Numbered from the stretch's first letter, positions 51,181 through 61,270 are shown. The stretch is DNA of 64,000 nt from Burkholderiales bacterium (GCA_038211455.1 JBBQVP010000001.1:15593-79592); one strand, 5' to 3'. The notes: generated from the letters alone by a model not told the origin. Numbers and translations are program-made.

Positions 51181-51900
51181 ATGAGCATGCTGCAAATCAC
51201 AGGGCTGGAAGTGCGCTATGGCGGCATCCGCGCGGTGAAAGGTGTGGACCTCGCGGTGAACGAGGGCGAATTGGTCTGCCTGATCGGCGCGAACGGCGCC
51301 GGCAAGACCAGCACGCTGAAGGCGATCTGCGGCCTGCTGCCGGCAGCGGCCGGAACGGTGCGCTATGCGGGACGCGAGATCAATGGGACGCCCTCGTTTC
51401 GCCTGGTGCGCGAGGGCCTGGTGCTGGTGCCCGAGGGACGCGGTATCTTCGGCCAGCTGTCGGTGCTCGAAAACCTCGCCATGGGCGCATTCGCGCGAGA
51501 CGATGCGGCCGAAGTCAAACGCGACCTCGAGCGCATGCTGACCCTGTTCTCGCGCTTGGCCGAGCGGCGCGGCCAGTCGGCGGGCACCCTCTCGGGCGGC
51601 GAGCAGCAGATGCTGGCCCTGGGCCGGGCGCTGATGAGCCGGCCACGCCTCCTCGTGCTCGACGAGCCGAGCATGGGACTCGCACCGCTGATGGTGGCAA
51701 AGATCTTCGCGGTGGTGAGGCAGATCGCCGCGGAGGGCGTCACCATCCTGCTGGTCGAGCAGAACGCGCGCCTTGCGCTGGAGGCCGCGAGTCGCGGCTA
51801 TGTGATGGAGTCCGGGCTGATCACGTTGTCGGGTGATGCGCGCGAACTGCTTGCCGACCCGCGGGTGCGGGAGGCGTATCTGGGAGAAGAGGCCGCCTGA
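51181..51900 (+). CDS. livF: branched-chain amino acid ABC transporter ATP-binding protein
   Basis: CLIGANGAGKTSTLK, LSGGEQQMLALGRAL, LLVLDEPSMGL. The ATG is at 51181 (51187 is an alternative). Confidence 0.9.
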   Translation: MSMLQITGLEVRYGGIRAVKGVDLAVNEGELVCLIGANGAGKTSTLKAICGLLPAAAGTVRYAGREINGTPSFRLVREGLVLVPEGRGIFGQLSVLENLAMGAFARDDAAEVKRDLERMLTLFSRLAERRGQSAGTLSGGEQQMLALGRALMSRPRLLVLDEPSMGLAPLMVAKIFAVVRQIAAEGVTILLVEQNARLALEAASRGYVMESGLITLSGDARELLADPRVREAYLGEEAA

Positions 51901-51906
51901 GCGTTT

Positions 51907-51930
51907 TGTATCGATATCGATACACAAACT
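51907..51930. repeat. 24-nt repeat TGTATCGATATCGATACACAAACT containing a perfect 18-bp palindrome (copy 2)
   Basis: Identical to 36978-37001. It starts 7 nt after the livF stop, between convergent genes. Confidence 0.8.
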
Positions 51931-51980
51931 GCCATCGTAGCGGCTCTGGAGCTAGGGTTTTATAAAAAATTCTTTAAGAA

Positions 51981-53009
51981 TCAGGTGTTCGCCAAGTCGG
52001 CGGCGGTGGTGAAGCTGTCGGCGTAGAACTCGTCCTCCGGAAGCCCGCACTTCGCAACGAGGTCCGCGCGCGCAGAGTCGACCATGATCGGCACGCCGCA
52101 GGCGTATACCTGGTGCGCGGACAGGTCGGGGAAATCCTCCATGACCGCGCGATGTACGAAACCGCTGCGGCCCTGCCACGTATCTTCCGGCAGCGCATCC
52201 GAAATCACCGGCACGTACTTGAAGAATCCGGGGTGCTCGGCGGCCCAGGTCTCGGCCAGCGCGTTCAGGTAGAGGTCCTTTGGCCGCCGACCGCCCCAGT
52301 ACAGCGCCATCGGCCGGGTGATGCCCTTGTGCAACGCGTGCTCGATGATCGACTTGATCGGCGCGAAACCGGTGCCCGAAGCAACGAAGACAATCGGCTT
52401 GTCGGAGTCTTCGCGCAGGAAAAAGGTCCCCAGCGGCGCCTCGAAGCGAAGGATGTCTTTTTCCTTCATCGCGCCGAACACATGATCGGTGAACTGCCCG
52501 CCCGGGACGTGGCGCACATGGATTTCGGCGAATTCGTCCGCATGCGGGGCGTTGCCCATTGAAAAGCTGCGGCGCGAGCCATCCTTGAGGAGGAACTCGA
52601 GGTACTGTCCGGCGAGGAACTCGAGCCGCTGGCTGGCGGGAAGTTTGAGCTGCAGCAGCATGACGTCGTCGGTCACCTTGTCCATTTTCTGGATCCGGCA
52701 CGGCATCATCTTCACCTGGATGTCCCCTGCCTTGCCGACCAGGCGCGCCTCCAGCGTGCAGTCGGTCAGCGGCTTGGCCTGGCAGAAGAGCGCCTTGCCC
52801 TGCTCCCGCTCAGTCGCGGTAAGGGATTTTTCCTGGTAAACGCCGTAGTCGACGCTGCCGGAGACGATTTTCCCCTTGCAGGAGCCGCAGGCGCCGTTCT
52901 TGCACCCGTAGGGGAGGATCAACCCGGCGCGCAGCGCCGCGGTAAGGACGGATTCGCCGGCGTCGACCGTGAAGGTCTGGCCACCGGGAGAGAGGGTTAT
53001 GGTGTGCAT
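51981..53009 (-). CDS. 2Fe-2S ferredoxin domain fused to an FAD/NAD(P)-binding reductase (CDP-6-deoxy-delta-3,4-glucoseen reductase-like / Fre-like)
   Basis: An N-terminal plant-type ferredoxin motif CKNGACGSCKGKI...C, then RSFSMGN (FAD binding) and VASGTGFAPIKS (NAD binding). ATG at 53009. Confidence 0.85.
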   Translation of the reverse strand: MHTITLSPGGQTFTVDAGESVLTAALRAGLILPYGCKNGACGSCKGKIVSGSVDYGVYQEKSLTATEREQGKALFCQAKPLTDCTLEARLVGKAGDIQVKMMPCRIQKMDKVTDDVMLLQLKLPASQRLEFLAGQYLEFLLKDGSRRSFSMGNAPHADEFAEIHVRHVPGGQFTDHVFGAMKEKDILRFEAPLGTFFLREDSDKPIVFVASGTGFAPIKSIIEHALHKGITRPMALYWGGRRPKDLYLNALAETWAAEHPGFFKYVPVISDALPEDTWQGRSGFVHRAVMEDFPDLSAHQVYACGVPIMVDSARADLVAKCGLPEDEFYADSFTTAADLANT

Positions 53010-53026
53010 GCCCGTAGAATAGTCAG

Positions 53027-53860
53027 ATGAAGCGCTTGTTGATGATAGGCCACGGCGATGTCTCCCATCGTACCGCCGCCCTGCTGCCGGAAGGTGTAGA
53101 GACGCGCGCTGTTTCGCGCCGGCTCGGCATCGATCTCGACCGCCCTGAAATCCTCCGGCCGCTCGCCGGCTGGGCGGATACCGTGCTGCACTGCGCGCCA
53201 CCCCCGCCCGAGGGCCGGACCGATACGCGCACCGGAAATCTGCTTGCCGCCCTCGAAGCCGGCGGCATTTTACCAAGCCGTCTGGTCTACATCAGCACGA
53301 GCGGCGTGTACGGCGATTGCGGCGGGGCCTGGGTCGACGAAACGCGTCCGGTCAACCCGCAGACGGCGCGCGCCGCGCGTCGCGTCGATGCCGAGGCGCG
53401 AATAGAGGGCTGGGGCAGGGTGCACAAGGTGGACATCGTGGTGCTGCGCGTGCCCGGGATCTACGCGGGTGACCGGCTGCCCACCGCCCGGTTGCTGCAA
53501 GGAACGCCGGTGCTCGACGACCAAGACGACGTGTATACCAACCATATCCATGCCGACGACCTTGCCGCGATCGCGCTGCGCGCACTTGGGGCCGATGCGC
53601 CGGCCGGCACCTACAACGCCAGCGACGACAGTGCGATGAAAATGGGAGCCTACTTCGACCTGGTCGCCGACCGTCTCGGACTTCCCCGTCCGCCGCGCGT
53701 TCGCAGGGCCGCGGCGGGACAGGCGATATCTCCCGCAATGCTGTCTTTCATGGGGGAGTCGCGCAGGCTCGTGAACACGAAAATGAAGCAACAGCTCGGC
53801 GTTACGCTGTGCTACCCGACGACAAGCGAGGGCATTCCTGCCGGGAAGGTGGTGGCGTGA
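53027..53860 (+). CDS. NAD(P)-binding Rossmann-fold (SDR/epimerase-like) protein
   Basis: LVYISTSGVYGD...LRVPGIYAG...NHIHADDLA resembles NAD-dependent epimerase/dehydratase family proteins. The N-terminal glycine motif is degenerate (LLMIGHGDVS). Confidence 0.7.
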   Translation: MKRLLMIGHGDVSHRTAALLPEGVETRAVSRRLGIDLDRPEILRPLAGWADTVLHCAPPPPEGRTDTRTGNLLAALEAGGILPSRLVYISTSGVYGDCGGAWVDETRPVNPQTARAARRVDAEARIEGWGRVHKVDIVVLRVPGIYAGDRLPTARLLQGTPVLDDQDDVYTNHIHADDLAAIALRALGADAPAGTYNASDDSAMKMGAYFDLVADRLGLPRPPRVRRAAAGQAISPAMLSFMGESRRLVNTKMKQQLGVTLCYPTTSEGIPAGKVVA

Positions 53861-54174
53861 GCGTTGTACTCGTATTTACGAACCTGCCGGATCGCGATTC
53901 GGCCGAGAAGCTTGCCGACGCCCTCGTCGAGCAGAGGGTGGCGGCCTGCGTCAACCTCCTTGCGCCCTGTAGCTCGGTCTTTCGCTGGAACGATGCCCTC
54001 CAGCACGCCACCGAACACCCGCTGCTTATCAAGACCACTGCTGCGCGCTATCCTGCGCTTGAGGCGGCGATCCGTGCCGGCCATCCCTACGAACTTCCCG
54101 AGATCATTGCTGTCCCAGTGGAGCACGGCCTGCCCGCGTACCTTGACTGGGTGGCGCACGAGACCCGCTCATGA
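53857..54174 (+). CDS. cutA: divalent-cation tolerance protein CutA
   Basis: VVLVFTNLPDRDSAEKLADALVEQRVAACVNLL...SVFRWND...LLIKTT...HPYELPEIIAVPV. The GTG start forms a GTGA overlap with the upstream stop. Confidence 0.85.
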   Translation: MSVVLVFTNLPDRDSAEKLADALVEQRVAACVNLLAPCSSVFRWNDALQHATEHPLLIKTTAARYPALEAAIRAGHPYELPEIIAVPVEHGLPAYLDWVAHETRS

Positions 54175-55790
54175 CATTGCACCGCCTGGTTGCGTTCCTC
54201 CTTTTCTGGTTGTGTGCCGGCCTGGCGCATGCCGCGTCTTCCGGGGATGCAGACCTGCTCGAGCCAGAGAAGGCTTTCCGCATTTCGGCGCGCGCCATCG
54301 ACGCGAACGCGGTCGAGGTCAACTTCGCGATCGCCGAGGGCTACTACCTGTATCGGGAGCGCTTCAAGTTCGAAGCCGATGCAGGCCTCGGGGCGGCGGC
54401 GGTCAAGGTGGGCACGCCGGATTTTCCTCCCGGCGTTCGCAAGAAGGACGAGTTCTTCGGGGAAGTCGAAACCTACCGGGGGCAGGTGAGCATCGTGGTG
54501 CCGGTCGAGCGGACCGGGCCGGGCGACACGCTGAAACTGCTGGTGACCTCGCAGGGTTGCGCGGATGTAGGCGTGTGCTATGTGCCGATGCAGTCGCGCG
54601 TCAGCCTGAAACTGGAGGCAGGCGGCGGCGCCGCGATTACACAGGGGCCCGCGCTGGTGCCGCCTTCGTCCTACAAGGCATCACGCTTTTCCGCGACGGC
54701 CAGCGATTTCGATATCGTAGCGCTGTTCGAGTCGGGCAGCTTCTGGCTGGTACTCGCAAGTTTTTTTGGTTTCGGACTGCTGCTCGCGTTCACCCCCTGC
54801 GTGCTGCCCATGGTCCCCATCCTCTCAGGCATCATCGCGGGCGAAGGACGCGACCTGAACAAGCTGCGCGCGCTGATCTTGTCGCTTGCCTATGTGGTCG
54901 GGATGGCAGTGACCTATGCAGTCGCGGGTGTTGCCGCCGCATACTCCGGAACCCTGATCGCAGCGGCATTGCAGAACCCGTGGGTGTTGTCGGCGTTTGC
55001 GCTGGTGTTCGTCTGGCTGGCCCTGTCGATGTTCGGTTTTCACGACTTGCAATTGCCGGCGTTCCTGCGCGACAGGCTCTCTTCCACGCACCACAGGCTG
55101 CGCGGTGGTCACGTCGCTTCCGTTGCCGGCATGGGCGTTTTGTCCGCGGTGATCGTGAGCCCGTGCGTCGCTGCGCCGCTGGCCGGCGCGCTGCTCTACA
55201 TCAGCCAGACGCGCGACGTGGTGCTCGGCGGCGGGGCACTGTTCGCGATGGCGATCGGCATGGGGGTGCCGCTGGTCATCGTCGGTGTGTCGGAAGGCGC
55301 TTTCCTGCCGAAGTCCGGTCCCTGGATGAACGTGGTGAAGAAGTTTTTCGGCGTCCTGCTGCTGGCGGTTGCGGTCTGGATCGTCTGGCCGGTCGTCTCG
55401 CCGCTGATCAATGGCGGGCCAGCGGCGCACGGCCTTAAATTCGAGCGTGTGAATTCCGTCGCCGAACTCAACGAAAAGCTGCGCGCCCCGGGCAGGCCGG
55501 TGCTGCTCGACTTCTATGCCGAATGGTGCGTGTCGTGCAAGGAAATGGAGGCGTTCACTTTCACGGACGAGGCTGTCAAGGCGAAGATGAAAGGCATGCT
55601 GCTGCTGCAGGCCGATGTGACTGCGAATACCGAGGAGCACAAGGAGCTGCTGAAGCGGTTTTCGCTCTTCGGCCCGCCCGGGATCATCTTTTTCGATGCC
55701 CGCGGTGCCGAGATCCGCGGCCTGCGCGTGATCGGCTACCAGAAAGCGGACAAGTTCCTGAGCATGCTCGACCGGGCAGCAAAGCCTTAA
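54171..55790 (+). CDS. dsbD: thiol:disulfide interchange protein DsbD
   Basis: Signal peptide, an N-terminal domain with QGCADVGVCY, a TM core with TPCVLPMVPILS and SPCVAAPLAG, and a C-terminal thioredoxin fold with YAEWCVSCKEME. Confidence 0.9.
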   Translation: MTLHRLVAFLLFWLCAGLAHAASSGDADLLEPEKAFRISARAIDANAVEVNFAIAEGYYLYRERFKFEADAGLGAAAVKVGTPDFPPGVRKKDEFFGEVETYRGQVSIVVPVERTGPGDTLKLLVTSQGCADVGVCYVPMQSRVSLKLEAGGGAAITQGPALVPPSSYKASRFSATASDFDIVALFESGSFWLVLASFFGFGLLLAFTPCVLPMVPILSGIIAGEGRDLNKLRALILSLAYVVGMAVTYAVAGVAAAYSGTLIAAALQNPWVLSAFALVFVWLALSMFGFHDLQLPAFLRDRLSSTHHRLRGGHVASVAGMGVLSAVIVSPCVAAPLAGALLYISQTRDVVLGGGALFAMAIGMGVPLVIVGVSEGAFLPKSGPWMNVVKKFFGVLLLAVAVWIVWPVVSPLINGGPAAHGLKFERVNSVAELNEKLRAPGRPVLLDFYAEWCVSCKEMEAFTFTDEAVKAKMKGMLLLQADVTANTEEHKELLKRFSLFGPPGIIFFDARGAEIRGLRVIGYQKADKFLSMLDRAAKP

Positions 55791-55857
55791 AGGCCCAGAC
55801 GAACAGGGCGTAGGCCAACGGTGTTGCGCTGGTGCTCGGCTAGGCGGCCGGCTGACG

Positions 55858-56895
<1,038 letters not shown>

Positions 56896-56989
56896 TTAGG
56901 CTTCTTACAATCGGCTGTCGCAGCCAGTCTGATGATTTGACGCGAAAATTATTTTTGGAACTTTTCCGTCACGCATAAATCTTACTCTC

Positions 56990-57096
56990 AGACGATGTGA
57001 GTCGTCTCCCGCTTCTCCTCCCTGAGCGGGATGCCTTAAACCTTTTAAGGCGTTTTGCCCCCGGTTTACTCCCCTTTACCGGGGGTTTTTTATTTT
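56990..57096 (+). ncRNA. candidate small RNA: four consecutive hairpins ending in an intrinsic terminator (5' end not defined)
   Basis: Hairpins: AGACGA/TCGTCT (56990-57007). CCCGCT/AGCGGG with loop TCTCCTCCCTG (57008-57030). GCCTTAA/TTAAGGC (57033-57051). CCCCCGGT/ACCGGGGG with loop TTACTCCCCTTT (57058-57085), followed by TTTTTTATTTT. The T-tail exists only on the + strand, antisense to the flanking engB and hemB genes. Confidence 0.35.
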
Positions 57097-57707
57097 CCCG
57101 CGAGCCAGGTGTCGATGTGCTCGCGGGTTTCGTCGACGCCTTGGCGGTTCTGGCTTGAAAACAGCACGCAATCGCCAAGGACGCCGAGCCGCTCGAGGTC
57201 CCTGCGCGCCGCAATCAGGGTCCGGCCTTGTTCGCTGCGCGTGAGCTTGTCGGCTTTCGTCAGCAGCACCAGCAGACGCCGCCGCAGGGGGACCAGCCAG
57301 CCAAGCAACTGGACATCGAGAGGCGTGAGCGGACGCCTGGCGTCCATTAATGAGACCACGCCGAGCAGCGAGCGCCGCGTCTGGAGGTATCCCGCCACCA
57401 GCTTGCCCCACTCGTCTCGCACGCCATGGGGAACCTTGGCATAGCCGTAGCCAGGCAGGTCGACCAGGCGTGCACTGTCGCCCAGAGAAAAAAAGTTGAT
57501 CAGCTGAGTGCGGCCAGGCGTCTTGCTGACGAACGCCAGACGCCTGCGGTTGGCGAGCACGTTCAGGGCGCTGGACTTGCCCACGTTGGAGCGCCCGACA
57601 AAGGCGACTTCGGGCAACTCGTCCTGCGGCAAGCCCTCGAGTTGGCTCGCGGAGATCAGGAAGCGAATATCGGAAAAAGCGCGTGATGGCGGCTTGGAGG
57701 AGGGCAT
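57090..57707 (-). CDS. engB: ribosome biogenesis GTP-binding protein EngB (YihA/YsxC)
   Basis: EVAFVGRSNVGKSSALN (G1), DLPGYGYA (G3), LTKADK (G4). Confidence 0.9.
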   Translation of the reverse strand: MPSSKPPSRAFSDIRFLISASQLEGLPQDELPEVAFVGRSNVGKSSALNVLANRRRLAFVSKTPGRTQLINFFSLGDSARLVDLPGYGYAKVPHGVRDEWGKLVAGYLQTRRSLLGVVSLMDARRPLTPLDVQLLGWLVPLRRRLLVLLTKADKLTRSEQGRTLIAARRDLERLGVLGDCVLFSSQNRQGVDETREHIDTWLAGK

Positions 57708-57765
57708 GGAATGGACCGAAGGTGTTATAGAATAACGGGTTTAGACCGGTATCGATGGAGAAATC

Positions 57766-58419
57766 ATGATCCGAGTTCTGGCGCTATTCGCCAGCGCGGC
57801 CCTAATGGCCGCCGCAGGTTCCGCGTTTGCAGAAGGCTCTGCCGCCAAGGCTGCGGACAAGGCCGATCCTGCCAAGGGTCAGGTGATTGCCAATCAGGTC
57901 TGCGTGGCATGCCACGCGGCCGATGGCAACAGCATCGCCCCGGCCAATCCCAAGCTTGCCGGCCAGTTCCCCGAGTATCTGCACAAACAGCTCGTCAACT
58001 TCAAGCCACAGGGCAGCAAAAAGGCCGAGCGGGAGAATGCGGTGATGGCGGGGATGGTCGCGAATCTGTCGCCTGCGGACATGTCGAACCTCGCCGCGTA
58101 TTTCGCGGCGCAAAAGCTCAAGCCGGCTGCCGCGACCGACAAGAAACTTGTCGCCGCCGGCCAAAAGCTCTGGCGCGGGGGCAACGCTGCGACGGGCGTG
58201 CCGGCATGCGCCGGTTGCCACGGCCCGGACGGCGCGGGGAACCCGGCCCAGTATCCTCGCCTGGCAGGGCAGTACGCTGAATATGTCGAGGTGCAGTTGA
58301 AGGCTTTCCAGGGCGGCCAGCGTGCCAACGACCTGAACGGCATGATGCGTGGTGTCGCGGCGCGGATGACCGAAAGCGAGATGAAGGCCGTCGCGCAATA
58401 TGCCGCCGGGCTGCGCTAG
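57766..58419 (+). CDS. dihaem cytochrome c4
   Basis: Signal peptide and two CxxCH sites (CVACH, CAGCH), each followed by a P-LAGQ-EY-QL--F region. It is divergent from engB, as in many proteobacteria. Confidence 0.9.
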   Translation: MIRVLALFASAALMAAAGSAFAEGSAAKAADKADPAKGQVIANQVCVACHAADGNSIAPANPKLAGQFPEYLHKQLVNFKPQGSKKAERENAVMAGMVANLSPADMSNLAAYFAAQKLKPAAATDKKLVAAGQKLWRGGNAATGVPACAGCHGPDGAGNPAQYPRLAGQYAEYVEVQLKAFQGGQRANDLNGMMRGVAARMTESEMKAVAQYAAGLR

Positions 58420-58453
58420 CGGCATTCCCGGCACACTTCACCTACCCATGAAT

Positions 58454-58488
58454 ACGGGCCCGTTCGGAAGACGGGCCCGTTTTTTTTC
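58454..58488 (+). terminator. rho-independent terminator
   Basis: ACGGGCCCGT-TCGGAAG-ACGGGCCCGT gives a 10-bp stem, followed by TTTTTTTT. Confidence 0.7.
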
Positions 58489-58571
58489 GGTTCGGCCGGA
58501 TTGCCAATCCTTCACTGCGGTATACGGGCGTGGAATAAACTCCGCGCTGCCGCTGTTTTACAGGATCAGCC

Positions 58572-59276
58572 ATGAATGAGCCGACAAGCGCCGAATACCG
58601 TGGCGCGCTAAAAGTATGGGATCTTCCGGTTCGAATTTTCCACTGGTGCCTGGTGGCCCTGTTCGCGTTCCTGTTCTGGACCGGGAAGACGGGCGGCAAC
58701 CTGATGGAATATCACCTTCTTGCGGGCTACACGGTCCTCACGCTGGTGATTTTCCGGGTGATGTGGGGCTTCGCGGGCAGCACGCACGCGCGTTTCTCAA
58801 CGTTCCTCGCCGGTCCCGCGCGCGGGATCGTTTTCGCGAAAAAGCTGTTTTCAAGCGCACCGGCCGCTTCGGCAGGGCACAACCCTATCGGGGGGTGGAT
58901 GGTGGTGGTGATGCTGCTATCGCTGTCCGTGCAGGCGGTGACCGGCCTGTTCTCGAACGACGATATTGCGACAGAAGGCCCGCTGATGTCACTCATCAGC
59001 AAGGATCTGTCGGACCGGCTGAGCGGAATCCATTACTGGAACTTCAACCTGCTGCTCGTTCTCGCAGGTGTGCACATTGCCGCGGTGCTGTTTCACGTGT
59101 TCGTGAAGAAGGAAAACCTGGTGGGCGCCATGTTCACCGGGATAAAGAAGCTCGATCTGTCCGCAGAGGATGCGGCAGAGGTTCCGGCCGTGCGTTTCGT
59201 CAGTTCCTGGCGGGCGCTGGTCCTGTTCGTGCTGGCGCTCGTCGCCGTCTATCTGATAGTTAAACGTCCTTTTTGA
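58572..59276 (+). CDS. membrane b-type cytochrome (cytochrome b561 / Ni-Fe hydrogenase b-type cytochrome family)
   Basis: VWDLPVRIFHWCLVALF...EYHLLAGY...GHNPIGG...VLAGVHIAAVLFH: four TM segments with conserved His ligands. Confidence 0.8.
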   Translation: MNEPTSAEYRGALKVWDLPVRIFHWCLVALFAFLFWTGKTGGNLMEYHLLAGYTVLTLVIFRVMWGFAGSTHARFSTFLAGPARGIVFAKKLFSSAPAASAGHNPIGGWMVVVMLLSLSVQAVTGLFSNDDIATEGPLMSLISKDLSDRLSGIHYWNFNLLLVLAGVHIAAVLFHVFVKKENLVGAMFTGIKKLDLSAEDAAEVPAVRFVSSWRALVLFVLALVAVYLIVKRPF

Positions 59277-59286
59277 GGAGAATCGA

Positions 59287-59745
59287 ATGAAGAAAAAAAT
59301 GGTGATGGCTGCGCTAGCGCTGGTACTGGGTGCGGGTGCATCGTTCCAGGCGAGCGCACAAGTAAAGCCGGAAGTGCTCGTTAAGCAGCGCCAGGCGGCG
59401 ATGACGTTGCAAGGGAAATACTTTGGCCCGATCGGCGCCATGATGCAGGGAAAGATGCCATACGATGCCGCGGTCGTTGCACGCAACTCGGCATTTCTCG
59501 AGGAACTCGCAAAGATGCCGTGGGACGGTTTCCAGGCGAGCACCGCGGATCTGAAGAGCGACGCGAAGCCGGAGATCTACAAGGAGATGGACAAGTTCAA
59601 GAGCAATTGGGAAAAGTTTGAAGTGAACGCGAGCAAGCTCGCGGCCGCCGCAAAATCGGGCGACCAGAATGCGGTCAAGGCTGCGTTCGGCGAAGTCGGC
59701 AAGTCCTGCAAGGGCTGCCACGACGACTACAAGGTCAAGCACTAA
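59287..59745 (+). CDS. cytochrome c' (class II cytochrome c)
   Basis: Signal peptide, a four-helix-type sequence, and a single C-terminal haem site CKGCHDDYK. Confidence 0.85.
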   Translation: MKKKMVMAALALVLGAGASFQASAQVKPEVLVKQRQAAMTLQGKYFGPIGAMMQGKMPYDAAVVARNSAFLEELAKMPWDGFQASTADLKSDAKPEIYKEMDKFKSNWEKFEVNASKLAAAAKSGDQNAVKAAFGEVGKSCKGCHDDYKVKH

Positions 59746-59760
59746 TCCACGCCGCGTTAC

Positions 59761-59797
59761 AGCCCTGCCGGGCAAGGCGCCCGGCAGGGCTTTTTTA
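59761..59797 (+). terminator. rho-independent terminator
   Basis: AGCCCTGCCGGGC-AAGGC-GCCCGGCAGGGCT gives a 13-bp stem, followed by TTTTTTA. Confidence 0.75.
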
Positions 59798-59969
59798 TTG
59801 TGCCCGATCGCCGTGGAATACCCGGGCCCCTCGGCGTGTTTGCTTGGAAACGGAACCGCAGTTATCCACCGAGAGAGGCGAAGATGGTAGCCATGGGGAC
59901 TTACTTGCCCGGAGAATTTTCCGGGTAGCGACGCGAGACACGGGGCCGGCGTGGGTGATAATCCCACGC

Positions 59970-60470
59970 ATGGATGACGCCGAACGCATCGTCGAACTCA
60001 TACCCAGGTTGCGCCGCTATGCGCGGGCGCTCGTCGGGGATCGCGCGCGGGCGGACGACCTGGTACAGGACACCCTGGAGCGTGCCTGGAACAAGTTCCA
60101 CCTATGGCGACCCGGTTCCGACCTTCGAGCCTGGCTCTTCACCGTCATGCATAACGTACACATCAACCAAATCCGCGCGACGCGCGACTTCGTGGAACTC
60201 GATGAAGATGCCACCGAGATGGCCGTCGCGGGCGTACAGGGCGCGTCGCTGGAGATCCGGGATCTCGAGCGCGCGTTGCTGCTGCTGCCTGCCGAACAGC
60301 GCGAAGTCCTGCTGCTTGTCGGCCTCGAGGATATGAGTTACGCCGAGGTCGCGGGAGTACTTGAGATCCCGATCGGCACGGTGATGTCGCGCCTGTCGCG
60401 CGCGCGAGAGAAGTTGCGTGCACTGATGCTCGGTTTGCCGCCCGCGGCAAAACTGCAGGTGGTGAAGTGA
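59970..60470 (+). CDS. ECF-type sigma-70 family RNA polymerase sigma factor
   Basis: Region 2 is RRYARALVGDRARADDLVQDTLERAW...WLFTVMHN. Region 4 is LPAEQREVLLLVGLEDMSYAEVAGVLEIPIGTVMSRLSRAREKL. Confidence 0.85.
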   Translation: MDDAERIVELIPRLRRYARALVGDRARADDLVQDTLERAWNKFHLWRPGSDLRAWLFTVMHNVHINQIRATRDFVELDEDATEMAVAGVQGASLEIRDLERALLLLPAEQREVLLLVGLEDMSYAEVAGVLEIPIGTVMSRLSRAREKLRALMLGLPPAAKLQVVK

Positions 60471-61270
60471 GTGAGACGACAAGCCCGGCAGTGGCGGAGG
60501 CCGAACTGATGGCCTACGTCGATGGCCGCCTGCTCGAGACGCGGCGCGGCGAAGTCGAGGTCTGGCTTTCCGAACGGCCCGACGAGGCCGGGAGGATTGC
60601 GGCGTACCGGAGCCAGAACCACGAGTTGAGCGCGCTATTCGCTGCTGTGCTCGAAGAACCGGTGCCCGATGGTCTGCGGCAATTGCAGCGGGGCGCGGGT
60701 GTTCCTTCTGCGCGCTGGCGGGGGTACGCGATCGCGGCCGGATTTACTTTCGTCGGCCTGGGTGTCGGCGCGCTTGCTGGGTGGCAACTGCACGCTCTGA
60801 GATCGCCACTTGCTTCGCCCGGGATCAGCATCGTGCGGAATGCAGCGGTGGCGCACGCAACCTATTCCCCCGAGGTGCGGCACCCGGTCGAAGTTGGCGC
60901 GGACCAAGAGGCCCACCTGGTGGCTTGGTTGTCCAAGCGTCTGGGCACGAGCCTGCGCGCGCCCAGGCTGGACGCAAGCGGTTTCAGCCTTGTCGGCGGG
61001 CGCCTGCTGCCGGGCGAGCCCAGACCCTTGGGCGGGCCGTCGCCGGTCGCCCAGTTCATGTACCAGACGCAGGATGGGCAGCGCCTGACGCTGTATGTGC
61101 GTACCGAGGCGGTCAACGACCAGACGGCTTTCCACTACGCCAAAGAGGGCAAGGTCGGTGTGTTCTACTGGATCGACCGGAACGTCGGCTACGCACTGTC
61201 CTCCGCCGATCTCAACCGCGAGGCATTGCTCGCCGTGGCAAACCAGGTCTACAAGCAGCTCAATCCCTGA
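60467..61270 (+). CDS. single-pass transmembrane anti-sigma factor (putative)
   Basis: There is a GTGA overlap with the sigma gene. The N-terminal anti-sigma-like helix region is [34 protein letters not shown], the TM segment is [20 protein letters not shown], and a periplasmic domain of about 150 aa follows. Confidence 0.7.
   Translation: MSETTSPAVAEAELMAYVDGRLLETRRGEVEVWLSERPDEAGRIAAYRSQNHELSALFAAVLEEPVPDGLRQLQRGAGVPSARWRGYAIAAGFTFVGLGVGALAGWQLHALRSPLASPGISIVRNAAVAHATYSPEVRHPVEVGADQEAHLVAWLSKRLGTSLRAPRLDASGFSLVGGRLLPGEPRPLGGPSPVAQFMYQTQDGQRLTLYVRTEAVNDQTAFHYAKEGKVGVFYWIDRNVGYALSSADLNREALLAVANQVYKQLNP

Noticed and set aside
57723-57733. TGTTATAGAAT (-10-like, TAGAAT 5/6) in the engB/cytochrome c4 divergent region as a cytochrome c4 promoter
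   Set aside because: It is plausible, but no acceptable -35 or correctly spaced extended -10 TG was found. It is too weak to list as a feature.
59089-59104. parS-like TGTTTCACGTGTTCGT inside the cytochrome b gene
   Set aside because: Only the left half-site matches, and the right half has 5 mismatches. It is unlikely to be a functional ParB site.
59862-59870. DnaA-box-like TTATCCACC (8/9) upstream of the ECF sigma gene
   Set aside because: It is a single isolated near-match with no AT-rich unwinding element or further boxes, so it is expected by chance.
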